Assembly (NCBI RefSeq): GCF_009909105.1
Contig: NZ_JAAAPK010000002.1
Span: 541,827 to 605,826 of the forward strand
Source of the DNA: Corallococcus exiguus
GTDB taxonomy: Bacteria > Myxococcota > Myxococcia > Myxococcales > Myxococcaceae
DNA: 64,000 bases
Reading direction: 5' to 3'
Each line of letters begins with the position of its first letter. The first letter of the stretch is position 1. The notes beneath the pieces were generated by a model. It had not been told where the DNA came from. It saw only the letters and a program-made list of their open reading frames with translations, and ran no database searches. This document shows positions 54,702 to 64,000 of this stretch, in pieces. The position numbers and the translations under genes are program-made.

Positions 54702-56633
54702 ATGAATCGCTCAATCCTGTTGAAGAGCGCGTGGTGCGCCCTGCTGGTGCCCCTGCTGTCCTGCAACCTCCTCAAGGTCACTGATGACGAGGGGTCCACC
54801 ACGGGCCGCGGTGCCAAGCGGTTCGACCCGTACCAGGGCCTCAACTCCGGCGCGATCCGGCTGAGTCTCCAGTACATCAACGGCTGCGCCTTCCTGCCCA
54901 ACGGGCAGATGGTGGCGAAGAACGGCGTGCCGTTGAGGCACAACGACCTCCCGGTGACCTACCCGGACGTGTGCGTCACGCCGCTCGCGCAGAACCCGCT
55001 GACGCAGTCGCCTCCCACGGGGACGCTGCAGATCCTGTCGGACACCCAGTACTTCCTGAACCAGTTCTCCGTGTCGGAGACCGTGGTCAACCAGCACAAC
55101 AATCCCAACGACCAGACGGCCGCGCTGGCGTGGATCAAAAACCAGTCCGTCTTCTCGGGACTGGACTGGACCAACGTCAACCAGGGCCCGGACGAGTGGA
55201 GCTTCTACAGCCTCGCGGGCGCGGTGGAGGACTGCTGGACCCGCGAGGTGCAGTTCGGCAACGCGAACTGGCAGAAGGTGAAGGACGACACCATCACCGT
55301 GGAGGTGCTGGACGAGTCGGGCACCCCGCGCGCGAGCCAGACGTATCTGCGCTCGGAGCTGCTGGCCTCCTCGCCCTACGCCGGCCACAGCCGCTTCTCC
55401 TGGCGGTCGGAGAACCTGAAGCCGCCGCGCTTCCCCGGCGACAAGGACCCGGGCACCGTGACGGGCTTCGCGGGTGGTCTGGACCAGAGCGCCATCACCC
55501 GCACCATCGCGCGCGTGGACTGGGTGGGCAGCACCAACCCCTTCAAGGTGCTGCGCGTGCCGCGCCTGTCCGGTCCCGGCGCGCTCAAGGCCACCTGGAG
55601 CCAGCTGCCGGACAAGCCGTTCTTCTTCCCCGTCACGTACGTCATCCCGGATGATCGCCCGTCCACCTGCACCGACGACGCCGGCAACCCGGTGCAGTGC
55701 AACCCGGGCCTGGACTCGCGGCTGGTGTTCTCGCCCCCGAAGGAGGGCAGCTTCTACAAGCCCGGCGAGGACGTGAGCGTCTACGTGGACCTGCGCGACA
55801 GCGCGGGCGCCCACCTGCACTCGCGCGACCTGTTGCCCAGCGCGCGGGAGATCATCAGCGGCCAGTCCAACGGCCTCGTGACGTTCGTCCCCGGCGTCAT
55901 CGCGTCCGTCACGGAGAACGACTCCATCTCCAACGTGGCCATCGCGGGCCCCCTCCAGGATCTCCAGGTCCTGGGCAACCCCAGCGACAAGCCCCAGTTC
56001 TTCGCCAAGCCGTTCCCGTTCGCGACGCTGGATGACGCCACGCTCACGGGGCTGACGCCGGGCCTCATCGACTACAAGTGGCCCACCCGCCAGACGTTCT
56101 CGCTGCCCGCGAACGCGAAGCCGGGCACCTACGTGGCACTGGTGAAGTTCAACCGTGGAGCCATGGGCGAGCGCGTCGCGAAGCTGAACCCCTTCTTCTT
56201 CCAGGTGGGCCAGGACGAGTCGACGACGTACCCGGGCAACGTGGGCAACTGCCAGCTCTGCCACCGCGGCGTGCTGTCGCTGGACAACCTGCGCCACGGC
56301 CTGTCGGTGGACCACATCGAGAGCTGCAAGGTCTGCCACCACTACGACACGGACACGGTGGGCCGCACGCAGGAGATGGTGCACCGCATCCACATGAACT
56401 CGCCCACGTACCCGGCGAACCGCGCGGACTGCACCGTGTGCCACCTGACGCGCAAGAGCACGGAGCGTCCCAGCCTGTCGCTGTGCGGCTCGTGCCACAT
56501 CTCCCAGCACGGGGACGAGTTCTTCCAGATCGCCTTCAACCAGCGCGGCACGCCCAGCCGGTTCGGCAACTGCGCGCAGACCTGTCACGGCGGCGATCAG
56601 CTTCCCGCCAGCCACATCCTCCCCGCGAAGTAG
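54702..56633 (+). CDS. Multihaem c-type cytochrome lipoprotein with a large N-terminal beta-rich domain
   Basis: Lipobox (LLSCN), about 520 aa without haem motifs, then CQLCH, CKVCH, CTVCH and CGSCH, plus one CX3CH (CAQTCH). Confidence 0.75.
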   Translation: MNRSILLKSAWCALLVPLLSCNLLKVTDDEGSTTGRGAKRFDPYQGLNSGAIRLSLQYINGCAFLPNGQMVAKNGVPLRHNDLPVTYPDVCVTPLAQNPLTQSPPTGTLQILSDTQYFLNQFSVSETVVNQHNNPNDQTAALAWIKNQSVFSGLDWTNVNQGPDEWSFYSLAGAVEDCWTREVQFGNANWQKVKDDTITVEVLDESGTPRASQTYLRSELLASSPYAGHSRFSWRSENLKPPRFPGDKDPGTVTGFAGGLDQSAITRTIARVDWVGSTNPFKVLRVPRLSGPGALKATWSQLPDKPFFFPVTYVIPDDRPSTCTDDAGNPVQCNPGLDSRLVFSPPKEGSFYKPGEDVSVYVDLRDSAGAHLHSRDLLPSAREIISGQSNGLVTFVPGVIASVTENDSISNVAIAGPLQDLQVLGNPSDKPQFFAKPFPFATLDDATLTGLTPGLIDYKWPTRQTFSLPANAKPGTYVALVKFNRGAMGERVAKLNPFFFQVGQDESTTYPGNVGNCQLCHRGVLSLDNLRHGLSVDHIESCKVCHHYDTDTVGRTQEMVHRIHMNSPTYPANRADCTVCHLTRKSTERPSLSLCGSCHISQHGDEFFQIAFNQRGTPSRFGNCAQTCHGGDQLPASHILPAK

Positions 56634-56648
56634 GGGAAGCAACCCGCC

Positions 56649-57779
56649 ATGCAAAGAGCTCTCTTCGTCGGAACGCTCCTCGGCGCGGCCCTGCTGAACG
56701 CCGGCTGCCAGGAATCCTCCAACAACCCCACGGCGTCGACCTTCACGCCGCGCCCCACGTATGAGAACCGCGAGCCGGAGGGCCTCACCTCCCGGCTGAA
56801 CGGCTTCACCGTGGACCCGGAGGCCTACTTCTTCAACCTGGCGGCCTGCGCGCCGCCGCCCGCGCAGTGCCCGCTGCCGCCGCTGTACGCGGAGTTCAGC
56901 CCGCTCCTGCAGCGCGCGGTGGTGCAGAACGCGCCCATCACCCTGCTGGACAGCGCCACGGGCCAGGTGCTCGCGGAGAGCGGCGTGTTCGCTGCATCGG
57001 ACGCCCATGGCGTCTGGACGCTGGACAAGGTGCCCACGCGCCGGGGCGCGCCGTTCTTCGTGCTGTCGTCGGCGTTGCCAGGGGTGCCGAGCGGCACGCT
57101 GGCCAATAATGCCCCTGCGGGGCCGCCGCTGCCGCCGCTGCCTCCCGTGCCGGAGGGCAACTACGTGCCCACGCTGACGGTGCGGCCGGTGGTGCCCGCG
57201 CACAGCGCCTGCGTGGGCCTGGAGGCCCTGCAGATGAGCGACAAGGGCATCCTGGAGGCGGTCGCGAAGTACCTGACCACCGAGGGCACGCTCACCACGG
57301 TGGCGGACCTGCTCAACCCGGCCCGCTTCGGCGGCGTGACGGTGTTCTGGCTGTACCGGCCGGGCTTCCCCGTCTTCCGCGTGCCAGCTGCGAACACCAC
57401 CGTGGTGGCCAGCGCGGGCCGCGTGCTGAACATCGAGTGGGCGCCCCCAGGCGCGCTGCCGCCGCCGCTGGCGCCGTTCCAGTCCACGCGCGGCTTCTTC
57501 ATCCCGCCGGGGCCGCCGGCGCCGAACAGCTCCCTGGGCGTCGTCGCTGTCGTCCACCCGCCGTTGCCGCTGCCGCCGATGGGGCCGCCGCCGGTGGTCC
57601 ACTACGAAGCGGTGGACTCCACCACCAGCGACCCGGAAGGGCGCCCGTGGGTGCTCCAGCCGCTGGATCTCCCCGTGGCCCCGGGCAGCGTGACGTTCGC
57701 TGGCCTCCAGATGTACAGCAAGACGCCCTCGACGACGCCTTCGATTCCCCCGCCCAGCACCTGTCTGCCGGGCCAGTAG
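56649..57779 (+). CDS. Pro-rich lipoprotein, function unknown
   Basis: Lipobox (LLNAGC). Confidence 0.55.
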   Translation: MQRALFVGTLLGAALLNAGCQESSNNPTASTFTPRPTYENREPEGLTSRLNGFTVDPEAYFFNLAACAPPPAQCPLPPLYAEFSPLLQRAVVQNAPITLLDSATGQVLAESGVFAASDAHGVWTLDKVPTRRGAPFFVLSSALPGVPSGTLANNAPAGPPLPPLPPVPEGNYVPTLTVRPVVPAHSACVGLEALQMSDKGILEAVAKYLTTEGTLTTVADLLNPARFGGVTVFWLYRPGFPVFRVPAANTTVVASAGRVLNIEWAPPGALPPPLAPFQSTRGFFIPPGPPAPNSSLGVVAVVHPPLPLPPMGPPPVVHYEAVDSTTSDPEGRPWVLQPLDLPVAPGSVTFAGLQMYSKTPSTTPSIPPPSTCLPGQ

Positions 57780-57880
57780 CCGCCTCACCCGTCCCAACAC
57801 CGGCGCTCTGTCCACTCCTCCCCCGTGGGGCAGGCAGCAGCGCCGTGTGTCGTCCCCGTTCATCCGGAGAAGCGTTCCCC

Positions 57881-59134
57881 ATGATGAAGAAGATCCTGAT
57901 CGCCATTGGTGCGTTGGTCGCCCTGGTCCTGATTGGCGCGGGTTCCGCCATGGGCGTGGCCACCCACAAGATCAACAAGACGTACGACTATGTCGCGCTG
58001 CCCAACATCACGCGGGACAGCTCTCCTGAGGGCATTGCCCGCGGCGAGCAGGTGTTCCGCGCGGTGTGTGGCGAGTGTCACGCGGGCGGAGGCAACACCA
58101 AACCCGTGGGCGGCCGGATGTTCGACTTCCCGGCCGAACTGGGCACCTTCTACTCGGCGAACATCACCTCCGACATGGAGAAGGGCGTGGGCGCCTGGAC
58201 GGACCAGGAGATCGCCCGCCTGGTGATCAACGGCATCGACAAGAACCACCACTTCCGCCCCATGCCCCCGTTCCCCAACATGGGTGACAAGGACATCGCG
58301 GCGGTCATCGGCTTCATGCGCTCCGGGCACCCGGACTTCGCGCCGGAGAAGCAGCAGCCGCCGCGCTCCGAGCTGACGCCCCCGGGCCGGATGGCGTTCG
58401 CGTTCGCCATGGGCATCAACGACAAGGGCCGCACGGAGCCGGTGCCCGTGCCCGCGAAGGCGGCGGACTCCGTGGAGTACGGCCGCTACCTGGCCTCCAG
58501 CGTCTACGACTGCACCTTCTGCCACTCGCCCGGCCTGGAGAGCAGCGCGGTGAAGATGCAGCACCCGGAGACGCTGCTGAGCGGCGGCTTCGAGTTCGAC
58601 ATGGTGCCGCTGGGCGGCGAGGGCAAGCTGCTGTCGCCCAACATCACCCCCAGCGAGACGGCCGGCATCGGCAAGTGGACGCTGGACGAGTTCAATCACG
58701 CCATGGTCACGGGCATCACGCCCGGGGGCTACATCCTGCGCGCGCCCATGCCCAAGTACCGCTACGCGGACGCCGTGGAGCTCTCCGCCCTCTACACCTT
58801 CCTGCGCTCCATGAAGCCCAACGACAAGGTCGTGCCGCCGCCCGCCGGTGGCCGCCCCAAGGCGGAGCCCTCCAGCGACCCGGAGAAGATGTTCAGCTCC
58901 CTGGGCTGCGCGACCTGCCACGCCCCCGGCAAGGCCTACGAGGCCAAGCTCCAGGGCGCCAAGGGCAAGGCTCCTGAGGAAGTGGCGAAGTGGATCCGCA
59001 ACCCGGAGACCTTCAAGCCCGGCACGCAAATGCCCACCTACGAGTCCCTCGTCGACGAGAACAACGCCCTCGCGCTCGCCAGGTACGTCCTGGGCAAGAC
59101 GGGCAGCACCGTGAGTGAAGGCACCACGCCCTGA
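57881..59134 (+). CDS. Membrane-anchored trihaem c-type cytochrome
   Basis: N-terminal TM helix, then CGECH, CTFCH and CATCH haem-binding motifs. Confidence 0.8.
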   Translation: MMKKILIAIGALVALVLIGAGSAMGVATHKINKTYDYVALPNITRDSSPEGIARGEQVFRAVCGECHAGGGNTKPVGGRMFDFPAELGTFYSANITSDMEKGVGAWTDQEIARLVINGIDKNHHFRPMPPFPNMGDKDIAAVIGFMRSGHPDFAPEKQQPPRSELTPPGRMAFAFAMGINDKGRTEPVPVPAKAADSVEYGRYLASSVYDCTFCHSPGLESSAVKMQHPETLLSGGFEFDMVPLGGEGKLLSPNITPSETAGIGKWTLDEFNHAMVTGITPGGYILRAPMPKYRYADAVELSALYTFLRSMKPNDKVVPPPAGGRPKAEPSSDPEKMFSSLGCATCHAPGKAYEAKLQGAKGKAPEEVAKWIRNPETFKPGTQMPTYESLVDENNALALARYVLGKTGSTVSEGTTP

Positions 59135-59145
59135 GTTTGACATCG

Positions 59146-59180
59146 ATGTGACAAAGGCCCCCGCGTGAGTGTCAACACGC
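59146..59180 (+). terminator. Rho-independent-like terminator hairpin
   Basis: An 11-bp stem gcccccgcgtg / cacgcgggggg with an 8-nt loop, located just after the cytochrome gene. Confidence 0.55.
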
Positions 59181-59292
59181 GGGGGGCCTCGTGAAACATC
59201 GAATTTCTTCCGAGCGGGTGTCATCACACGAGGGACCGGTTCAGATAAGCTTTCATGTGAAGTCGTTCCCCCACCCCGCGGAGCGTCATTTC

Positions 59293-60249
59293 ATGAATGT
59301 TTCACCGGCTTCCCCCTCGGCTCACCGGTCGCAGCGTTCCCAGTCGCTTCACCTCCACGAGACAAAGGCCCCGGACGCGCAGGGGCCCATCCGGTTGGAT
59401 GACGTGCTCTGGAATCCGGTCAACGCGGAGGAGGCGCTGGAGGGTCTGGAGAAGATCCTCGGCCGGCTGAACGCGCGGGATGACTCACGCGCCATCTTCC
59501 TGGACATCTACGCCATCGTCACTCGGAAGGTCGTCCACCTGCTGAGCCGCGATGACGCGGGCGGCTTCCTCGAACCCGAGTGGCTGTCTCACCTGACGGG
59601 CCGCTTCGCGGAGGAGGCGCTCATCGCGGTGCGCGACTCGCTGAAGAACCTGCCGCTGCCCACCGCGGCGTGGCGCTTCGCGACGCACTACCCGGCCCAG
59701 GGTCTCACGCAGCCGTACCAGGACGCGCTGCTGGGCGTGAGCGCCCACATCAACCACGACCTGGGAATGGTCGTCTACGACAACATCGCCCACCAGTCGC
59801 CGCCGGCGGATGCACGCCGGATGGCGCGCTACCGGCATGACTACTTCCACGTGAACGAGATCCTCCGCTCGTGCATCCCGGACTGCGTGGACCTGCTCGC
59901 GGAGCGCTACCGGTGCGCGTCCACGCGGCTGCTCCTGCGCGTGCCCTTCAGCCGCCCCGTGGTGGAGCGGGCGGTGATGCGGATGCTCATCGTCTGGCGG
60001 CAGCGCGTCTGGGACAACGTCGTCGCGATGCTGGAGGCGCAGACGCCCGAGGAGCACCAGGCCGTCGTGGAGCGCGTCCGCACGACGTCCGGCCGCATCG
60101 CGCAGGCGCTGTGCGCGGACAAGGCGCTCTGGTGGACGGTGCGCGGCGAGTCACCGCCGTTCAGCCTGGACCTGCCGCCGGAGGCATGGCCCGGCGTGGT
60201 GCCGCCTCCGGAGCCTGAGCCGGACGCGGACGCTGCCCGCGCCGGCTAG
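59293..60249 (+). CDS. Hypothetical protein
   Basis: ORF with good codon bias. The start is chosen at MNVSPASP. No domain assigned. Confidence 0.5.
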   Translation: MNVSPASPSAHRSQRSQSLHLHETKAPDAQGPIRLDDVLWNPVNAEEALEGLEKILGRLNARDDSRAIFLDIYAIVTRKVVHLLSRDDAGGFLEPEWLSHLTGRFAEEALIAVRDSLKNLPLPTAAWRFATHYPAQGLTQPYQDALLGVSAHINHDLGMVVYDNIAHQSPPADARRMARYRHDYFHVNEILRSCIPDCVDLLAERYRCASTRLLLRVPFSRPVVERAVMRMLIVWRQRVWDNVVAMLEAQTPEEHQAVVERVRTTSGRIAQALCADKALWWTVRGESPPFSLDLPPEAWPGVVPPPEPEPDADAARAG

Positions 60250-60258
60250 CAAGCCGCA

Positions 60259-61656
60259 TCAGGAGGGCGTGACTCCGGCCACGAGGTAGAAGCGCACCTG
60301 GCCGGAGTTGACGGCGTAGGCGACGTCCACGCCCAACAGGGGCAGCACGACGTTGTTGAGGTACAGCCGCAGGCCCCCGCCCACGCCCTGGGCCACGGTG
60401 ACGGCGTTCTGGCCCGTGATCGTCTCCCGCAGGTAGTTGCGGATGACGCGTCCGTTGGCGTCGCGCAGGTTTCCGTCCTCGGGCACATCCCACCACGCGA
60501 TGGCACCCGTGTCGGAGAAGGCCACGCCCCGGAAGGCCAGCGACTGCACCTTGAAGAGGGGGAAGTGGTACTCGGCCGTGAAGGTGAGCCGGCTGTCGCC
60601 GCGGAACTGCCGGTACTGGAAGCCGCGCAGCGTGTTGCCGCCCATCACCAGCTCCTGTTGGAAGGGCAGGTGCCTGCCCAGGACCAGCTCCCCGCGCAGC
60701 ACCAGGTTGTTCTCCGTGAAGAAGCGGATGCCGTGGCGATAGAGGAGGCCGAACTTGCGGTAGTCGAACTCGCTCCACACGCCCGGGGTGGACACCTCGT
60801 AGGAGGCCTCCAGGTTGAGCCCCTCCGTCACCGCGTGCAGCGTCTGGCGCGAGTCCAGGCCCACCATGAGGCGCAGCGACGTGTCTCGCATGGCGGGGCC
60901 GGTGGAGAACGGCGGCACCGTCACCGGCATCTGCGGATCCGGAGTCTTCGCGTCGATGCTGGCCAGGCGGTACTTCGCCGCCGCGCGCACGCGCTCGAAG
61001 AGGATGAAGCCCAGTTCGGAGCTGATGGACGCGGAGTTGAAGCGCGTCCGCCGGAGGATCTCCGGGTCGTCCTCACTGGCGTCCATGCTGTACTCGTCCA
61101 CGCGGTCGCTCTTGAGCTGTCCCTCCAGGCTGAACTTGAGCTGCGGCAGGCCGAAGAGGATCGGATCCAGGAAGCCCACGTACAGGCCGCTCTCGCCGGT
61201 GCTCACCTGGGCCGCGACGGCGAACTTCTTCGCGCGGCCGCCCAGGTTGTTCTCCGCGTAGAGCAGCCCGCCGCCGGTGTTCGCGGAGGACAGCGCCACC
61301 GTGGGGGCCACCACCCACGACGCCTTGTCCTTCACTCGCAGCACCAGCCGCACGCGCCCGTCGGGCATCGGCTCGGTGCCGACACGGACCTCCTGGAAGA
61401 GGCCGGTGGCCAACAGGCGCCGCTCCACCTTCTCCAGTTCCTCGCTGTCCACCTCGTCGCCCACGCCCACCTGGCCGAACGAGCGCACCGTCCCGGACGT
61501 CGTCTTGTTCGCGCCCTCCACCGTCACCTCTCCGACCTGGGAGCGGTCGATGGAGGACACGGGCGTGTCCTCGTCGGCGTGGGCGACGGGGGCCGCCAGG
61601 CCCGTCAGGGCCAAGGCGAGGACGGACAGGTGACGGCGAAAGCAGGAGAGAGGCAC
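60259..61656 (-). CDS. Omp85-family (BamA/TamA-like) outer-membrane protein
   Basis: Signal peptide, POTRA-like region and a bacterial surface-antigen beta-barrel. GTG start chosen at 61656; the ORF extends to 61767. Confidence 0.7.
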   Translation of the reverse strand: MPLSCFRRHLSVLALALTGLAAPVAHADEDTPVSSIDRSQVGEVTVEGANKTTSGTVRSFGQVGVGDEVDSEELEKVERRLLATGLFQEVRVGTEPMPDGRVRLVLRVKDKASWVVAPTVALSSANTGGGLLYAENNLGGRAKKFAVAAQVSTGESGLYVGFLDPILFGLPQLKFSLEGQLKSDRVDEYSMDASEDDPEILRRTRFNSASISSELGFILFERVRAAAKYRLASIDAKTPDPQMPVTVPPFSTGPAMRDTSLRLMVGLDSRQTLHAVTEGLNLEASYEVSTPGVWSEFDYRKFGLLYRHGIRFFTENNLVLRGELVLGRHLPFQQELVMGGNTLRGFQYRQFRGDSRLTFTAEYHFPLFKVQSLAFRGVAFSDTGAIAWWDVPEDGNLRDANGRVIRNYLRETITGQNAVTVAQGVGGGLRLYLNNVVLPLLGVDVAYAVNSGQVRFYLVAGVTPS

Positions 61657-61867
61657 GCACTGCTCATACTCCACGGGCCGCGGGCGCTGGTTGTTTCGGC
61701 GCGTGTCCGCCGGTGCGGGCGCGCGATGTTCAACGTTCGGCATCCGGAGCGACCCGGGGGCGGCCACCCGTGCGACCTGGAGAACAGTGGCACCCGGACG
61801 AGCGCCCCGGTCATGGACGGATTATGCTCATAATGTGGGCGGGCATCCGTCCCGGAGGGACGTGGGC

Positions 61868-62344
61868 ATGGCATCGACGGCAGAGGGCGGGCGCCAGGAG
61901 TTGTTCCTGGACGACCTGTCCGTGGGGCAGAAGTTCTTCAGTGACACGCACGCGCTGGACGCGGCGCAGATCATCGCCTTCGCGAGGGAGTTCGACCCGC
62001 AGGGCTTCCATCTGGACGACGCCGCGGCGAAGGACACGCTGTTCGAAGGGCTGGCGGCGAGCGGCTGGCACACGGCGGCGCTCACCATGAAGCTCAACGT
62101 CCAGAGCGGTCTGCCCTTCAAGGGCGGCATCGTGGGGGCGGGCGGGGAGATCCGCTGGCCCCGGCCCACGCGCCCGGGGGACATCCTCCAGGTCGAGAGC
62201 GAGGTGCTGGAGATCATCCCTTCCCGCACGCGGCCGGACCGGGGCATCGCCACGGTGCGCAGCGAAACTCGCAACCAGAAGGGCGACGTGCTGCAGGTGC
62301 TCATCGCGAAGCTGGTGCTGCCCCGTCGCCCGGCGAGCGGGTGA
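61868..62344 (+). CDS. MaoC-like (hotdog-fold) dehydratase
   Basis: MaoC dehydratase signature (FAREFDPQGFHLD...GGIVGAGGE). Confidence 0.8.
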   Translation: MASTAEGGRQELFLDDLSVGQKFFSDTHALDAAQIIAFAREFDPQGFHLDDAAAKDTLFEGLAASGWHTAALTMKLNVQSGLPFKGGIVGAGGEIRWPRPTRPGDILQVESEVLEIIPSRTRPDRGIATVRSETRNQKGDVLQVLIAKLVLPRRPASG

Positions 62345-62438
62345 GCGGGACGTGACGCTTTGCGTGAGCGCTGGCGGAGGCTACCGTGCGGCCCGCATCG
62401 GCCGTGGTCCCCGTCCCGCTCTCGAGGAGTCCCTTCGC

Positions 62439-63590
62439 ATGTCCCGCGCCACCCCTGACTTCGACCTGGCCTCCGTGGACGTGGAGGGCTTCTACGCGGA
62501 GCTGAAGGCGCTGCGCGCCCAGCTGGACGCGAACCTGGGTGAAGCGGACAAGGCGCACCTGCGGAAGATGGAGCGGTGGGGGAAGGTGGCTTCGGTGCTG
62601 GGCATGGCCACGGCGTGGATTGCTCCCAATCCACTCTCCGCGTTGGCGCTGGGCCTGGGCCGCTCCACGCGCTGGCTGCTCATGCACCACGTGGGGCACC
62701 GGGGCTATGACCGCGTGCCGGGCATGCCCGCGTCGCGCACCAGCAAGGGCTTCGCGAAGGGGAACCGCCGGTTCGTGGACTGGCTGGACTGGATGCTGCC
62801 GGAGGCGTGGGTCTTCGAGCACAACGTGCTGCACCACTCGCACACCGGCGAGGATGCGGATCCGGACCTCCTGGAGCGCAACGCGGAGGGCTCGCTGCGT
62901 GACACCGGCCGGCCGCTGGCCCTGCGCTACGTGCAACTGGCGCTGCTGGCCGTCACCTGGCGCGCGAGCTACTACGCGCCGGAGACGCTGGGCTCGCTGC
63001 GCCGCAAGGGCCGCCGCGAGGGTGGGGCGCTGACGCGCGCGGAGCTGTGGGAGCTCTTCACGCGCTGCTACCTGCCGTACGCGACCGTCTTCTTCGGGCT
63101 GTATCCGGCGGCGTTCCTGGTGGTGGGGCCGTGGGCGGCGTTCAGCGTGCTCTGCAACTCCGTGCTGGCGGACGTCGTCACCAACCTGCACACGTTCTTC
63201 GTGGTGGGCCCCAACCACACCGGCGAGGACCTGTACCGCTTCGACTCCGCGCCCGCGAACAAGGGGGAGCGCATGGTGCAGCAGGTGGTGGGCAGCGCGA
63301 ACTACCGCACGGGCGGCGACCTCAACGACTTCGCGCACCTGTGGCTGAACTACCAGATTGAGCACCACCTCTGGCCGGACCTGCCGATGCTGAAGTACCG
63401 CGAGGCGCAGCCGCACGTGCGCGCCCTCTGCGAGAAGTACGGCATCCCGTACGTGCAGGAGAGCGTCTGGACGCGCGCGCGGAAGATGGTGGACGTCGTC
63501 GTGGGCAAGGCGTCCATGAAGCGGCTGGTGAAGGCCGCGGCGCCCGGGATGTCGGCCGCGGACGCTCGCGCGGAGGCCTCCGCGGCCTAG
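62439..63590 (+). CDS. Membrane fatty-acid desaturase (delta12/omega-type family)
   Basis: His boxes HHVGHRGY, HNVLHHSH and HQIEHHLWP. Confidence 0.8.
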   Translation: MSRATPDFDLASVDVEGFYAELKALRAQLDANLGEADKAHLRKMERWGKVASVLGMATAWIAPNPLSALALGLGRSTRWLLMHHVGHRGYDRVPGMPASRTSKGFAKGNRRFVDWLDWMLPEAWVFEHNVLHHSHTGEDADPDLLERNAEGSLRDTGRPLALRYVQLALLAVTWRASYYAPETLGSLRRKGRREGGALTRAELWELFTRCYLPYATVFFGLYPAAFLVVGPWAAFSVLCNSVLADVVTNLHTFFVVGPNHTGEDLYRFDSAPANKGERMVQQVVGSANYRTGGDLNDFAHLWLNYQIEHHLWPDLPMLKYREAQPHVRALCEKYGIPYVQESVWTRARKMVDVVVGKASMKRLVKAAAPGMSAADARAEASAA

Positions 63591-63592
63591 CG

Positions 63593-63985
63593 TCAGGCGG
63601 GCGGAGCGCGACGGCGGCGCGGCAGCGGGGCGAGCGCCACGGGCGTGGCCTCCGAGGCCGTGGCTTCCTGGCGCACGGCCTCCGCGTTCACCACGCGTAC
63701 ACCGTCGGGTTGGACGGGCAGCCCCAGGGTGTCCACGAAGAGGCGGTAGCTCTCCTCCAGGCGGCGGTGCAGCGTGTTGAACGTCTGGTGCGCGGTGCCG
63801 GGCATGTCCTCGGTGTAGGTGAAGTACCAGCGCAGCTCGTCCAGGCGCCCGTAGAAGTGGTCCACCACCGCCTGCTCCTGTTCGGTCAGGTGGATGAGCT
63901 GGGCGAAGGCGCCGTCCGCGTAGCGCGAGGCCACCGTCTCCACCAGCGGGCCGCGGCTGCGCAGGCGGGAGAAGAGGAGGAACAT
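63593..63985 (-). CDS. Hypothetical protein (may continue past the window edge)
   Basis: ORF with typical codon bias. No domain assigned. Confidence 0.4.
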   Translation of the reverse strand: MFLLFSRLRSRGPLVETVASRYADGAFAQLIHLTEQEQAVVDHFYGRLDELRWYFTYTEDMPGTAHQTFNTLHRRLEESYRLFVDTLGLPVQPDGVRVVNAEAVRQEATASEATPVALAPLPRRRRAPPA

Positions 63986-64000
63986 GTCCTCCCTGCGTGC

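Noticed and set aside
54711-57863. 1050-aa minus-strand ORF across the cytochrome cluster
   Set aside because: Arg/Gly/His-rich shadow ORF. The plus strand carries CxxCH haem motifs and lipoprotein signals.
1-64000. Mobile element, prophage or genomic-island boundaries
   Set aside because: No integrase, transposase, tRNA gene, phage structural gene or flanking direct repeats were found. GC content is uniformly high except in short intergenic operator-like stretches.

Overview
This is a high-GC (about 70%) bacterial chromosomal segment that looks like Myxococcota (Myxococcus/Corallococcus-like). The evidence is dense lipoproteins and signal peptides, TPR proteins, a Hanks-type Ser/Thr kinase, a CotH protein, a Cys-rich secreted repeat protein, multiple fatty-acid desaturases and giant multidomain signalling proteins. 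I call about 50 protein-coding genes. I found no rRNA, tRNA, CRISPR array, transposase or integrase. Recognisable housekeeping genes are ppc, mltG, menA, a PiT/DUF47 phosphate-transporter pair, 2-oxoacid dehydrogenase E1 alpha/beta, an Slt70-like lytic transglycosylase, an Omp85/BamA-like protein, a MaoC dehydratase and desaturases. The accessory content is more interesting. (1) A co-directional, tightly spaced six-gene cluster at about 20.7-32.8 kb. It encodes a membrane HAMP/PP2C (RsbU-like) phosphatase, a secreted TPR protein, an orphan PhnD-like periplasmic binding protein, a TonB-dependent receptor with a long low-complexity N-terminal extension, an unannotated GHKL ATPase with an RsbW-like N-box/G2-box, and a tandem-STAS/zinc-ribbon/Ser-Thr-kinase/TM/PEGA fusion. 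Together these look like an undescribed trans-envelope partner-switching signalling module. (2) A menA plus multihaem c-type cytochrome lipoprotein cluster. (3) A divergent pair of a haem-oxygenase-like diiron enzyme and a membrane desaturase/hydroxylase-like enzyme, with an AT-rich operator-like region between them. (4) A desaturase, B12-binding radical SAM and polytopic membrane protein locus. (5) A tandem cyclase-STAND-TPR giant protein next to a LOG-like protein. Many long antisense 'shadow' ORFs in the six-frame track are artefacts of GC-rich codon usage, and I reject them.
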